From a bacterium (GTDB taxonomy: Bacteria; Patescibacteriota; Patescibacteriia; UBA1558; S5-K13), in contig JAKPTO010000002.1 in the NCBI GenBank assembly GCA_029555085.1, forward strand, positions 1-48,229: a stretch of DNA of 48,229 nt, written 5' to 3'. A model generated the notes under the pieces. The model made no database searches, had not been told where the DNA came from, and saw only the letters and a program-made list of their open reading frames with translations. The position numbers and the translations under genes were made by a program. Every line of letters starts with the position of its first letter. The stretch's first letter is position 1. Positions 10,608-21,900 of this stretch are shown here, piece after piece.

Positions 10608-11657
10608 TTATTCTATATTTCCACATATTTTACAAAGTGGAAATCCTCTTTTCTTAGCCTTATTTCTTAAATTAATAGATTTTTCACTTTTCCATAATTT
10701 CCATAATTCAATTTTATCCATTTCTCCATAAACATAATCCCCATATAAATCAAAACAACAAATAACAGCTCGTCCATCAGCTAAAACCGTAAAAACATTA
10801 TCTACATCAGGACATTTTTCGTATTTATGAATTGGTTTGAGCGTATTCTGATCTTTTTTATAAACAATATATTCATCATCTATATCAATATCAGGATAAA
10901 ATTTTTCTGACAAATCTTTTATTTGATCCTCGCTATAAGCATATTCGCTTAAAATAAATGGTTTTATATATAATTTATCTATAAAATTTTCTTTTGTAAA
11001 TTTTTTAATGTCAATAATTTGATTTTGATTTAATTTATTTAGAATAAACTGAAGTGTTGTAATTGGTCTTTTTTTCTTAAGTTCTTTTCTTCTTTTACAA
11101 AAATATTCTATATTATGTTTTACAGTTTCAAAATCGCCCCCACATCTAAATCCCTCAAAAGAATCCTTGTCTAATCCGTCAAATGCGAATCTAATTTCTC
11201 CCAATCCTGAATTTAGAAGCTTTTCCGTCATATCTCTTGTCAAAAGCGAACAGTTAGTTGAAATCATTGTATGCATATTTGAAGCATTGGCATATTTTAT
11301 CATTTCTACTATATCTGGGTGAAGCAATGGTTCATTTGAGTTATAAACATAAACCACATGAACATATTTTTTTATATTATCAATAACACGCTTATATTTT
11401 TCTAAATCCATGTTTTGCGGTTGTCTTCTTTTGTAAATTAAATTATGCGGAGTTGGACACGTTGCGCAGTGAAAATTACAAGTATTTCCAGTTTCAATAA
11501 TTACCGCATAGGGAGTTTTCAGTGTAAAATGTCTCATCATACAAATTAATAAGTGCCAAACTCTTTTAAAATTAAAAGACAATAAATCATACCATACAAA
11601 CCAGTAAATATTTTTTAAAACATAATCTATTTTTTTAAATAAATCTCTTGTTTTCAT
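10608..11657 (-). CDS. Radical SAM protein with twitch/SPASM domain
   Basis: CNFHCATC, EPLLHPD, STN; C-terminal C..DGRAVICC..CKIC. Confidence 0.92.
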   Translation of the reverse strand: MKTRDLFKKIDYVLKNIYWFVWYDLLSFNFKRVWHLLICMMRHFTLKTPYAVIIETGNTCNFHCATCPTPHNLIYKRRQPQNMDLEKYKRVIDNIKKYVHVVYVYNSNEPLLHPDIVEMIKYANASNMHTMISTNCSLLTRDMTEKLLNSGLGEIRFAFDGLDKDSFEGFRCGGDFETVKHNIEYFCKRRKELKKKRPITTLQFILNKLNQNQIIDIKKFTKENFIDKLYIKPFILSEYAYSEDQIKDLSEKFYPDIDIDDEYIVYKKDQNTLKPIHKYEKCPDVDNVFTVLADGRAVICCFDLYGDYVYGEMDKIELWKLWKSEKSINLRNKAKKRGFPLCKICGNIE

Positions 11658-12772
11658 AATTTTTCAAATATTTTGAAATGTTTTTCTATTAATTCCCCCT
11701 TACTACAGGAAACATTTTTTAATATACTTTCACAATTAGTATTTAATTTCTCATTGCTAATTGCCAACCTAAGAGCTTTTTCAATATCGAAAATATCATT
11801 TGGATCCACATAGTAAATATTTTCATGACAAGAATTTGTAAATAAAAACTCTGATTCATTTGTAATAATTACCTTTTTACCCAAAACAAGTGCTTCTAAA
11901 ATTATGTTAGGATTTATATCCGTTAAAGATACATTTACAACGACTTTCGCCTTAAGGATTTCCTTTATTAGTTGTTCATAATTTACCCCCCTAAAAAGTT
12001 CTATATTTTTATGATTTTCAATTTTTTTCTTTATATTCTCAAATTCTGGACCATCTCCAATAATTTTTAATTTACAATTTTGGAGTTTTAAATTATCAAA
12101 AGCAATTATTAATTTATCTATATTTTTCACCTTTGAAATTCTCCCTGCAAACAATATATTTTTATCATCAACTTTGTCTGTATTTTTATATGCTGATAAA
12201 ATATTTTTTATAATAACTATATTTTTCCTTTTCATAAAATCTCTAGATTCTCCATAAATACTGTTTAACAATTCCGAATTAAATATTATTACATCTGATA
12301 TTCTTAATACAAAATTACTAAAAACATATATCAATCTCTCTTTAAGCGTAAACTGTTTTTCTTTATAGTATTTCCCTAAAGATTTATTATAATTTCTCTC
12401 AAGTGCTCTTTCCCACTGAAAATCGCCACCCAATCTTAAAATTAATTTTTTTCTAAAAATAATTTTTACAATTGCACACAAGATCCCTACACTTACTATA
12501 TCCGTTGAATAAATAAAATCATATTTTTTAATATTTTTTACAATTGCAATAAAATATTTTATATAATTAAGAAATTTACTTACTCTTGCAACTCTTATTA
12601 ATTTATATTGTAAATTTTTATCCTCATCATAAAATTTTTTATCAGAATATGTAATTACACATATTTCAAATCCCTTTTCGATAAAAATATCACAAAAATT
12701 TTTAACATAAGTAGCTGAACCGCCTATTTCCGGTGGATAAATTCCCGTTGCTATTAAAATTTTTTTATTCAC
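11654..12772 (-). CDS. Glycosyltransferase family 4
   Basis: YPPEIGG, AGRISKVKN, SLTDINPNIILEAL. Confidence 0.9.
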   Translation of the reverse strand: MNKKILIATGIYPPEIGGSATYVKNFCDIFIEKGFEICVITYSDKKFYDEDKNLQYKLIRVARVSKFLNYIKYFIAIVKNIKKYDFIYSTDIVSVGILCAIVKIIFRKKLILRLGGDFQWERALERNYNKSLGKYYKEKQFTLKERLIYVFSNFVLRISDVIIFNSELLNSIYGESRDFMKRKNIVIIKNILSAYKNTDKVDDKNILFAGRISKVKNIDKLIIAFDNLKLQNCKLKIIGDGPEFENIKKKIENHKNIELFRGVNYEQLIKEILKAKVVVNVSLTDINPNIILEALVLGKKVIITNESEFLFTNSCHENIYYVDPNDIFDIEKALRLAISNEKLNTNCESILKNVSCSKGELIEKHFKIFEKL

Positions 12773-13877
12773 AAGTTTGATATAATTTATGAATTTTTTC
12801 TAAAATGCTATGCCAAGAATATTTTTTGACTGAGATGTTAGCATTTTTTGTAATTTCCTCTCTTAAGTCTTTATTTTCCAATAATTCAATAATTGCCCTT
12901 GAAATTTCTTCTGCATTTCTTGGTTCTATTAAAAGTCCATTATGATTATTAATTATCACATCTGGAATTCCTCCAACTCGAGTTCCAATTGCAGGAACTC
13001 CGCAAGATTGCGCTTCTATAAAAACAACTCCGAGTCCTTCTGCAAGAGATGGACAAATAAATACTTCTGATTTACTTATTTCTTCTAATGTTTGTTTATG
13101 TGGTAAATTTCCCATCAAAAGAACACTTTCGTGTAATTTATAAGTATCTATCATTTCTTCTATTTCTTTTCTTTTTTGCCCTTCTCCGACTATTACAAGT
13201 TTAGCATTGGGAATTTTTAATAAAACATCACTCCATGCTTTTATTAAATAATCCAAACCTTTTTCCCAGGATAATCTAGCAACACAAATTACTCTATTTC
13301 TTTCTTTTTCTAAAAATCCGGGAATCTCATTAAAATCAATTCCATTTGGAATCACATGTACATTTTCTTTTTTCGCCCCCAACCTCAGAGCCCTATCTCT
13401 TAAAAAATTACTAATTGCTGTTACAGTATCTGGTGTTTTATGTATTTTTTTCCAAAATAATTTTATAAAAAAATTGTTTTGTTTTCTTTTATCATCTAAA
13501 TCACCGCTTTGAAGTGTTAAAATTCTCTTTGCGTGACTTACAAATTTTGCAAAGTAAAGAGCCACACCAGCATAACTTTCCATAATTGCATGAATGATAT
13601 CTGGCTTTATTTTTATAATTTTAAAATTTGCTAAAATCGGATACAAAAACTTATCAATTGTTCTGTGTCCCACACCAACTCTTATTATTTTAAAATTTTT
13701 TCTTTTTTCAAATCTTTCTAATTCCCTATTATATAATCCTGTAATAAGAGTCGTGTCGTAAAAATCACCCAAATTCTCTACAACTTGCTTTACCATTTGT
13801 TCAGCTCCTGACATATATGGCTCATAAAAAGCAGACAAAACAACTAATTTTGTTTTATTTTCCGGCATAATATTCAT
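12765..13877 (-). CDS. Glycosyltransferase family 4
   Basis: SGAE, IPNGID, ARLSWEKG, PSLAEGLGVVFIEA. Confidence 0.94.
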   Translation of the reverse strand: MNIMPENKTKLVVLSAFYEPYMSGAEQMVKQVVENLGDFYDTTLITGLYNRELERFEKRKNFKIIRVGVGHRTIDKFLYPILANFKIIKIKPDIIHAIMESYAGVALYFAKFVSHAKRILTLQSGDLDDKRKQNNFFIKLFWKKIHKTPDTVTAISNFLRDRALRLGAKKENVHVIPNGIDFNEIPGFLEKERNRVICVARLSWEKGLDYLIKAWSDVLLKIPNAKLVIVGEGQKRKEIEEMIDTYKLHESVLLMGNLPHKQTLEEISKSEVFICPSLAEGLGVVFIEAQSCGVPAIGTRVGGIPDVIINNHNGLLIEPRNAEEISRAIIELLENKDLREEITKNANISVKKYSWHSILEKIHKLYQTCE

Positions 13878-14826
13878 AAACTCTTTTCAAATTTTCATCT
13901 AAATTATTTTCTAATTTTTCACCCAATAATTTATGCATTTTTGAAACATCGGGGCTTCTGTATTTTATTTCATAACCACGCTCTCCAACAAAAACTGGTT
14001 TTAAATTTTTTCCCGAAATTCTTATTATCCTCTGCGCTAAATCAAGTATCGTTGTTTGACTCCCTAATCCAATATTTATAACCTCCCCATTTGTTTTATC
14101 GCTAAGCAATGCTTTAATTGCCATTTTTACATTATCTTTAACATAGACAAAATCTCTAGTTTGATACCCATCTCCATATATCGTGGGACTTTCATTGTTT
14201 AAAACTTGTTTTATAAATACTCCTACAACAAATCCATAGCTAGATGATTCTTGTCTTTCTCCAAATACATTAAAAAACCTAAGTGAACATGTTGGCACCT
14301 TATAATTATCATTGTAAATTTTCATCAATTTCTCGCCTATTAATTTTACAATTGCATACAAACTTGTACTATGCGTTTGATATAAAAGTTCTTTGTTGTT
14401 ATCTTCTTTAAGTGGAAGTTCATTTAAAGTTCCATAGACCTCGGATGATGAAGAAAATATCACCTTAGAAACATGAAAATCCTTTGCTAGGGATAAAACA
14501 TTTTTAATTCCCACAACATCGTCTACAACAAGCATTGGTTGCTCCATTACGCGTTTCACTCCAAGTACTGCTGCATAATGAAAAACATAGTCAATTTTAT
14601 TTTTTTCAAAAACTGATTTGAGGAAGTTGTAATCATTCACATCGCCCTCGATGAACTGAAAATTCTCATTTTTTTGAGCATCTGCTAAATTTTCAAGTTT
14701 TCCTGTCAATAAATTATCTACAGCAATAACTTTTGCCTTATTTTTTAATAATTCATCACATAAATGAGATCCTATGAATCCAGCCCCTCCCGTTACTAAA
14801 ACAACCTTGTTTTGAAGTTTTTTCAT
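13855..14826 (-). CDS. NAD-dependent nucleotide-sugar epimerase/dehydratase (extended SDR)
   Basis: GGAGFIG, SSSEVYG, YAIVK (YxxxK), GDGYQTRDFVYV. Confidence 0.95.
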   Translation of the reverse strand: MKKLQNKVVLVTGGAGFIGSHLCDELLKNKAKVIAVDNLLTGKLENLADAQKNENFQFIEGDVNDYNFLKSVFEKNKIDYVFHYAAVLGVKRVMEQPMLVVDDVVGIKNVLSLAKDFHVSKVIFSSSSEVYGTLNELPLKEDNNKELLYQTHSTSLYAIVKLIGEKLMKIYNDNYKVPTCSLRFFNVFGERQESSSYGFVVGVFIKQVLNNESPTIYGDGYQTRDFVYVKDNVKMAIKALLSDKTNGEVINIGLGSQTTILDLAQRIIRISGKNLKPVFVGERGYEIKYRSPDVSKMHKLLGEKLENNLDENLKRVYEYYAGK

Positions 14827-14958
14827 AAATAAAATAATAAATTATTTAAAATTTATTTATATAATAATAATAACACTACAAAACTTAAATAACAAGCTCA
14901 ATATTTGTATATTTATTATTTATAAGTTATTATTTTAATACAATTAAAAGCAAATAAC

Positions 14959-16101
14959 ATGGATAAAAAAATAAAAATCTGTCAAGTTATTACACAAACT
15001 CATTTTGGCGGCGCTCAAAAATATATTTGTGATATTTCTAACAATCTAGGTCCTGATTTTGAAATTACAATTGCTTATGGTGAGGGAAATGAACAAGAAT
15101 TAAACCAATATATCAAAACAAATGTTCCTGTGCGATTTTATAAATTAAAATATTTAAAAAGAAATATAAATCTATTTTTTGATAAATTAGCTCTTTGGGA
15201 ATTATTTTTCTTTTTTAAAAAAAATAAATTTAATGTGATACATCTTCATTCTTCAAAAGCCGGATTTCTAGCTTCTATTGCTGGAAAATTAGCTGGAATA
15301 AAAAAAATAATCTACACAGCTCATGGTTGGGTATTTAAAGAAAATTTAAATTTTGTAAAAAAAATACTTTATACATTTTTAGAAAAATTCGGAGCAAAGT
15401 TTAAAGATAAAATAATTTGCGTTTCACAAAATGATTATGATTTAGCATTAAGTAAAAAAATTACTAAAAAAGAAAAATTAGAATTAATTTATAATGGATT
15501 TCAACTTACAACTGAATTTTTCAAAACAAATGATGCTAGAAGATTTTTATTTAATCAAATACAAATACCAGATAACGGAGAAAAAATAATCGGTACAATT
15601 TCAAATTTATACAAAAACAAAGGAATAGAATACTTGATTGAATCAGCAAAAATATTAAATGAAAAAAAGAGAAATCTAATTTTTATTGTAATTGGTTCTG
15701 GCTCAGAAGAAAAAAATCTAAAAAACTTAGTTCAAAAATTGCAAATAAAAAATTTTCACTTTCTAGGACAAATTAATAATGCGAGTAGATATTTAAAAGC
15801 TTTTGAGATTTTTACACTTACTTCAATAAAAGAAGGATTGCCATACACTTTAATTGAGGCTCTATACGCTCGTATAGGAATAGTTTGCTCTGATTTGGAA
15901 TCTTTATCAGAAATCATATTAAACGGGCAAAATGGAGTGGTTTTTGAGCCAAAAAACACAACTAAATTAGTATATGCCATTGAAAGCATATTAAATAATC
16001 TTGAATTTACAAAAAAAATTAAAGACAATAACAACTTAACGCTTTCTAAATTTGACTTTGGTACTTTTATATCAAAAATAAAAGAGAATTACACAATGTA
16101 A
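14959..16101 (+). CDS. Glycosyltransferase family 4
   Basis: GGAQ, HSSKAG, YTAHGW, SIKEGLPYTLIEA. Confidence 0.93.
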   Translation: MDKKIKICQVITQTHFGGAQKYICDISNNLGPDFEITIAYGEGNEQELNQYIKTNVPVRFYKLKYLKRNINLFFDKLALWELFFFFKKNKFNVIHLHSSKAGFLASIAGKLAGIKKIIYTAHGWVFKENLNFVKKILYTFLEKFGAKFKDKIICVSQNDYDLALSKKITKKEKLELIYNGFQLTTEFFKTNDARRFLFNQIQIPDNGEKIIGTISNLYKNKGIEYLIESAKILNEKKRNLIFIVIGSGSEEKNLKNLVQKLQIKNFHFLGQINNASRYLKAFEIFTLTSIKEGLPYTLIEALYARIGIVCSDLESLSEIILNGQNGVVFEPKNTTKLVYAIESILNNLEFTKKIKDNNNLTLSKFDFGTFISKIKENYTM

Positions 16102-16110
16102 TTCTCTTTT
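16080..16110. terminator. Probable bidirectional terminator between convergent genes
   Basis: Perfect inverted repeat AAAAGAGAATTACA-caa-TGTAATTCTCTTTT overlapping the GT stop codon. Confidence 0.65.
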
Positions 16111-16125
16111 AAAAATACTGAAAAT

Positions 16126-16638
16126 TCAAATGGAGTTTTTTATACTTTCTCTGTTTGGCAAATTTTGCCATTCATCTCTGTGTAAATATTTTAAAGCGTC
16201 CACATCGCAACTAATCTGTAAAATTTTATCATCCCATTTATCAAATATTTCATCTCTTGTTGGTCTTTTTAATAATTCTTCATCAATATTATCAAAACGT
16301 TCATTAATTCTTGTTTCAAACTCTTCAAAACTTTTACTAGTATTTATAGCTACATTTTCTATTGCCAACTCTAGATCTTCTTTAACTTTATACAAGTCAT
16401 CCTTGGTGGCAAAATCATTTAATTTCTTATCGATTTTGTGTAAATCATCCTTGGTTGCGAAACTATCCAATCTCTCATTAATATTATGTAGGTCTTCCTC
16501 AACCCTACATAAGTCATCTTTAGTCGCAAAGTTCTTTAGGTCGTCTTTGGTCGCAAAATTTTTTAATTTTTCATCAAATTTTACATCTAATCTTTCATCG
16601 ATTAGATCTGCAATTTGACATAAATCACTTTTCTTCAT
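16126..16638 (-). CDS. Coiled-coil protein with four FATKDDL (beta-layer-type) repeats
   Basis: FATKDDL x4 at 9, 23 and 16 residue spacing within heptads. Confidence 0.8.
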   Translation of the reverse strand: MKKSDLCQIADLIDERLDVKFDEKLKNFATKDDLKNFATKDDLCRVEEDLHNINERLDSFATKDDLHKIDKKLNDFATKDDLYKVKEDLELAIENVAINTSKSFEEFETRINERFDNIDEELLKRPTRDEIFDKWDDKILQISCDVDALKYLHRDEWQNLPNRESIKNSI

Positions 16639-16749
16639 AACTCATAAATTAATTATAAATTACAAATATTATATATTCATTAAACAATTAGATCAAATTA
16701 CTTATCAACATTTTAACAGCCGTCTTTTTATAAAAAATAAATAAGCCGT

Positions 16750-18777
16750 CTATTGAGTAGCTTTAATTCTGTTTTGCAGAGATGGATTAAGTTCAAGCGC
16801 TTTTTGAACATATTCTTCACCTTTCTCAGTATCTCCTTTGTAACTGTACAAACCACCAAGCATTAAATATGTTTCTCCATATTTATCATTATAATTCAAA
16901 GCTGTTTCTAATTCTTTTATGGCTGAATCAATATCTCCCATCATGGAATAAATATTAGCCATAAAATAATAATTGTGTAATCTTTCTGGAGATAGTTCAA
17001 TAGATTTTTCCATTACTCTTTTCGCAGTATTTAATTCATTTAATTTTTCCTGAGAATCTGGCGCAAAAAAATTCGACCTTATAATATGTAATCTTGCTAG
17101 ATTAATCTGTAAATATGCTTCCTTGTCATTTATTGAAAGATAATAATTTGTTTTATCTATAAGTAAAGTTAGAATATCATACAATGCTTGAATTTGATTT
17201 GGATCCTGACTATTCACTGTGGTATAAATATTTGAGACAGTATCAATAAGCATTGTAGTAGAATCTTTATTTAAATAACTATTATTTTCATATAGTTTTT
17301 GCATTTCTTTATATGCTTTTTGAAAATCCCTTTCTTGACTTAATGTTTTTTGAATAACATAGTTTTGTTTTGCAATATAGCGATCAGACATATTAACACC
17401 AAAAATAAAACATATAGTAACTATTCCAAATAATACAATAATTACCTGCTGAGCTGTTTCTGAAATATTTTTTTCATAAATTGATTTTTTGTCAGTTTCA
17501 TTTGTATAAACTAAATTTATATAAGCCAAAATTGAAAAGAAAATCAAAGCTACAGCGAGAGAATCAAAAACAAATAAATTTTGGAAGAAATAAGCAAAAA
17601 TAATCAGAGCGAAAAACAAACAAAATAAAAAATATTTCTCTTTATTTTTCTTATATACTTTATACAATGCCCAAAATGTAAAAACAAAAATAGCTAGATA
17701 AGAAATCATCCCAAAAATTCCGTGACAAACCAATGTTTCTACAACCATATTATGAGCTCTATCAAACCAAGTTTCTGACGCGGCTATATTGTAATAATCT
17801 GCTTGAAGATATTTATCAAAAGCATAGTAATAATTTTCCATTCCATAGCCCATTATTGGATTCTCTTTAAATGCCTGAAATCCTCCATTCCACGAAATAA
17901 GTCGAGTTCTAACCGTCCCAGTACTAAAAGACATTGTAGTCAATTTACTAAATACAAAATTATTTTTCACCCAATCCTCGTCCTTATTTATAAAAGCCAT
18001 AGTAAAAACTGACACTACTAGAATCACAAAAGCGCACAAAGCGATTTTTAAACGCTTATTTTTTGATTTAAATATAAATACTAGACAAAGAATTAGTAAT
18101 ACAATCCAAAAAGCTAAATTAGCGCCTCTTATTTGTGTTCGTAAAAATATTGGCAACTGAATTAAAAAAGCCAATCCATAAAAAATCTTCCAGCCAATAT
18201 TCTTTTTACCTACAAAAAAATAGAGAGAAATTAAAATCCCAAACAATAAAACACCAGCAACATAGGCCATATTACCTAAAAGTCCATCCATTTTTAAACC
18301 AGGAGCAATTATTTTTATAAGACCATTTATTTGCAAAGACGAAACAACCGCATTAACACAAGAAAAAATCAAAATAAAATTAAATAAGCAAAACCATTCT
18401 TTTCCTGTTTTAAAAAAACTAGTAACAACCACAAAAAACATTAATAAATGTATCCAAGTATTTATCCCCCACATTCTCTCCAAGTCCCCTTTAAAAGATA
18501 AATATGGATTAATTCCAAAAAGCGAAGTAATAATTGCAATACCTGTAAAAATCAAAATACTATAAAGTATCCATGATTTTTTAGGTCTATATTCTTTATT
18601 TTTTATGGCTAAAATCAAATAAGCAAAAAACAATAATTCTGTAAATATTCTAAATAAAATGGTTTTTGAAGTAATAAATGGAAAAATCCAGGTATCAAAA
18701 AGAAGAAGACAAGAAATAAAACAAAGACCTATTAAGCCATAGATTGAGTATTTTAAATATTTTTCTGAATCATTCAT
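16750..18777 (-). CDS. O-antigen ligase (Wzy_C) family membrane protein with C-terminal TPRs
   Basis: About 12 TM helices, LGN..Y, TQIRGA, GYGMENY, DRAHN motif, TPR-like tail. Start moved to ATG 18777 (MNDSEKY); the ORF-track extension is low complexity. Confidence 0.88.
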   Translation of the reverse strand: MNDSEKYLKYSIYGLIGLCFISCLLLFDTWIFPFITSKTILFRIFTELLFFAYLILAIKNKEYRPKKSWILYSILIFTGIAIITSLFGINPYLSFKGDLERMWGINTWIHLLMFFVVVTSFFKTGKEWFCLFNFILIFSCVNAVVSSLQINGLIKIIAPGLKMDGLLGNMAYVAGVLLFGILISLYFFVGKKNIGWKIFYGLAFLIQLPIFLRTQIRGANLAFWIVLLILCLVFIFKSKNKRLKIALCAFVILVVSVFTMAFINKDEDWVKNNFVFSKLTTMSFSTGTVRTRLISWNGGFQAFKENPIMGYGMENYYYAFDKYLQADYYNIAASETWFDRAHNMVVETLVCHGIFGMISYLAIFVFTFWALYKVYKKNKEKYFLFCLFFALIIFAYFFQNLFVFDSLAVALIFFSILAYINLVYTNETDKKSIYEKNISETAQQVIIVLFGIVTICFIFGVNMSDRYIAKQNYVIQKTLSQERDFQKAYKEMQKLYENNSYLNKDSTTMLIDTVSNIYTTVNSQDPNQIQALYDILTLLIDKTNYYLSINDKEAYLQINLARLHIIRSNFFAPDSQEKLNELNTAKRVMEKSIELSPERLHNYYFMANIYSMMGDIDSAIKELETALNYNDKYGETYLMLGGLYSYKGDTEKGEEYVQKALELNPSLQNRIKATQ

Positions 18778-18842
18778 ATTATTATCATATAAATTAAAAC
18801 TTATAAATATTCTACAACATATAATACAAATAATCAATTATT

Positions 18843-18872
18843 AAAAAATCCCCCACCTTCGAGGTGGGGGAT
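18843..18872 (-). terminator. Rho-independent terminator of the large surface protein gene
   Basis: ATCCCCCACCT-tcg-AGGTGGGGGAT 11-bp stem followed by a T run on the minus strand. Confidence 0.85.
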
Positions 18873-18918
18873 ACGATTTTTCAAAAAGCTATCGCAAAAC
18901 TTTTATAACTTCACAAAC

Positions 18919-21900
18919 TTAGTTCTTTGAAAGTGTAGCACCAGTGACCTTTGTTATGCCTTCAAGTCTGGCATTTGACCAATTTGTGGCGCCACCACCA
19001 TTGTAAGTGAAGTCTGCTGACAAATTAGCAATTTCGGTTTGAATATATTGATAATTATCAGAAACATCTAAGTTGGCTGTTATTACCAATGTTATTTCAC
19101 CGTCTACGAGTTGATTGTCAGCACTAAAACCTCCAGCACTGTCTAAGTCAAATGTAATTACATTTCCCTCGACTGTACTAGTTGCTATGTCTCCAGACTT
19201 ACCCTCTATATATGCCTGGAAATCTGTAGCTGTAACACCTGTAGATGTAGCAAATTTAAGTTTCAATTCTACTAATTTTGCCTTAAGTTCATCATTAGTT
19301 GCTGTTCTGTTAGATCCATTATCAAATACAAATTTGTATTTACCTACGATCTTGCTTGTACCACCTGTTAAACTTCCATCAGACATGGCATTTGATATTC
19401 CTGTTAAAATGGAACCTGTTGTAGAAGCTGTCTTTGTCAATGTAGTATTACTTGAATATTGATTATTTCCTGGCTCCTCACCACCGCCTTCGGCCATAGT
19501 TATAACTTCATAAGAATTTGCTCCTTCAGCTTTTACAGCTTCGCCAGCTGCTAAGCCAAAAGATGATAATGTTGCGGCTGGAGCAAAACCATATTTGATT
19601 GATTTATTAAATTGAGCTGTACTCTCTGGATCCCCAGAAACATTCATACCTCTAGCTTCTACTCCAATATAGTATGAAGTCTTTTGGTCTGCCTCTAATA
19701 CTGCTTTATCATTTAAAAAGTCCGTATCTCTAAAATATACAGAACCATTAGCAATTGGGGCTCTATAAGCAACTAAATTACCATCCTTATCAAATAATTT
19801 AACTACTTTTATATCAGCACCTGTTGCTGTTCCTGAATTTTTTAATACAAGAGCTTTGATTTTAACAGGCTCATTTTGTGTTGTAAATGCTATTTCACCA
19901 AGGTATCTACCATGAGGTGTTGTTGTTCCAGCTAAGATATATGTATCATCATCAGATTTTGAATCACTTGTCTTTAAATGTGCTTTTAATGAACCTTTTG
20001 ATGCTACTGTAACCATTCTTGATTGAACATCAGGGTTAGTAATAGTTGGAGTAACTGTATTATTGTCCTTGTCTTGAACACTTACGGCACCAGCTTCTAC
20101 TTCTAGGTCAAATGCTCCTGTTGTAGGAACAGATGATGTAAATGTAGCTCTTACCTCTAAGTATACATTCTTACCTGCCTTCAATACTCTATTTGTGGTA
20201 TTTAATGATGTGAAGTTAATATAAGCATCGGCACCAGCATTTGTCTCTGTTATAGAGCCAGCTGTTGATTTAAGTAATCTTTCTGTTCCATCTTCTACAA
20301 TATATAGATCAAGTTGAGCTATATTGTCATCTGTAAATGCTGTATCAGCTCCATTTGTATTAATCTTTACAGATTGGAGTTTTAGATCAATTGCGCTACC
20401 AACTTCAAGATATGCTTTGTAGATTAATTCTGGTCCAGCGCCACCTACGACATTTAGTGAAGTTAATGGCATTGTTGTCCAATCTAATCTACCACCTCTT
20501 ACTGTTGTAACAGCACTAGTAACAGATGCTGGGGTTATCTTGGTAATAGGAGCATTTGATGTATCCCCTGTAATGCTAAATGCACCATCTTCTAATGTTA
20601 CTTGATATGTATCTCCGTTATCAGCTGGGTTAGTATCATTTGGGCCCATTATATCAGCTCTAAGTTCAAATGTATGAGTTTTACCCTTAACAAGTGTCAT
20701 CTCCTCATTCATTGTAAGACCACATCTGGCATTATTAATTGTTGAAGTAGCTATTGTCACATCATAAATTGCACCTGTTGTAATGTCTTTCAACTCTACA
20801 TTATCAAGTTCATTACAATTTAAACCAGTTCCAAAAATATCAAATCTATTTGCTCCATTTTCTTTTATATAATTCACTGTTGCGTTTTCTGCATTTGATG
20901 TCATCTTGATTGTCGCAAGAACAACATCGTTAGATCCTGCAACTACATCTTTGGCTGGAGTAGCTGTTTTATCCATAGCAATTGTGAAATCACCTGCGGC
21001 AAGAGTTACTGTAATACCATCACCAGCGGCATCTAAAGCTGCAATATTTGTGATTGAAATACCATATCCATAGTCCTTACCTAAGAATGATACATCGCTT
21101 TTATTTTCTATAAATAAATCTATTGTATTTCCAACACTAGCTGTACCAATGTCACCATAAACCTCTACATTAATATTATCTCCCTTTGCAATAACATAGT
21201 TATTTAAAGCGAAATTAATGTATCTTCCATCAATTGTTCCGATAGCAACATCATCACCATTAATCATCAATCTTACATTTGTAAGTATTGTACTATCATT
21301 TGTTCCACCATTTTTAAATCTAATAGTTTCCCAAATAACAGGTTCGTTCTTTGTGCTCAATGTAAATCCTGCTAATTTAACATTTTGTTCACCAAATTGA
21401 ACACCCCCCACTTTTTCTTTAATTACACCCGCAAGATCAACTTGGCCAATCTCAGCATCGTTTACTGCTACCATTTCTTTTCCAACTACAGGGAAAGATC
21501 CACTAACTACACCACCATCAATAATTACATCTGATGCTGATGCAATACCAAGTGCAAATCTGCCTGACTGACCAGCTTCAATCTCTGCTTTTACTGTTAA
21601 AGATTTTGTTGTTCCTGCTGTAATTTTTATTGGTGTTGAGAAGTTAAATACTGCTTCTCTGGATGAATTCATGTCTTTTGAACTACCTACTTTTATTCCA
21701 TTATCAAAGAAAGTAATACTATCAACATATGTTGGGTTACCCAAAATACCTGTTGGCATTGTTAATTTGATAGATGAAATTAAAACATCTTTTTCAGCTG
21801 CTGTAAAATTAAATACAGAGAATGTGTTTGGTGATCCAGCTGGAACTATCATTGAAACTGGTGAATTTGATGATAAAGCGACTGATAAATTACCACCTGT

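Noticed and set aside
4878-11657. RiPP cluster based on rSAM-SPASM genes
   Set aside because: No precursor peptide, RRE domain or peptidase/transporter seen; the context is entirely glycan biosynthesis.
16385-16565. FATKDDL DNA repeats as a CRISPR array
   Set aside because: Inside an ORF, vary at synonymous positions, irregular spacing, no cas genes.
16717-16751. AGCCGTCT direct repeat downstream of the ligase gene
   Set aside because: Only 8 bp, two copies, with no associated structure.
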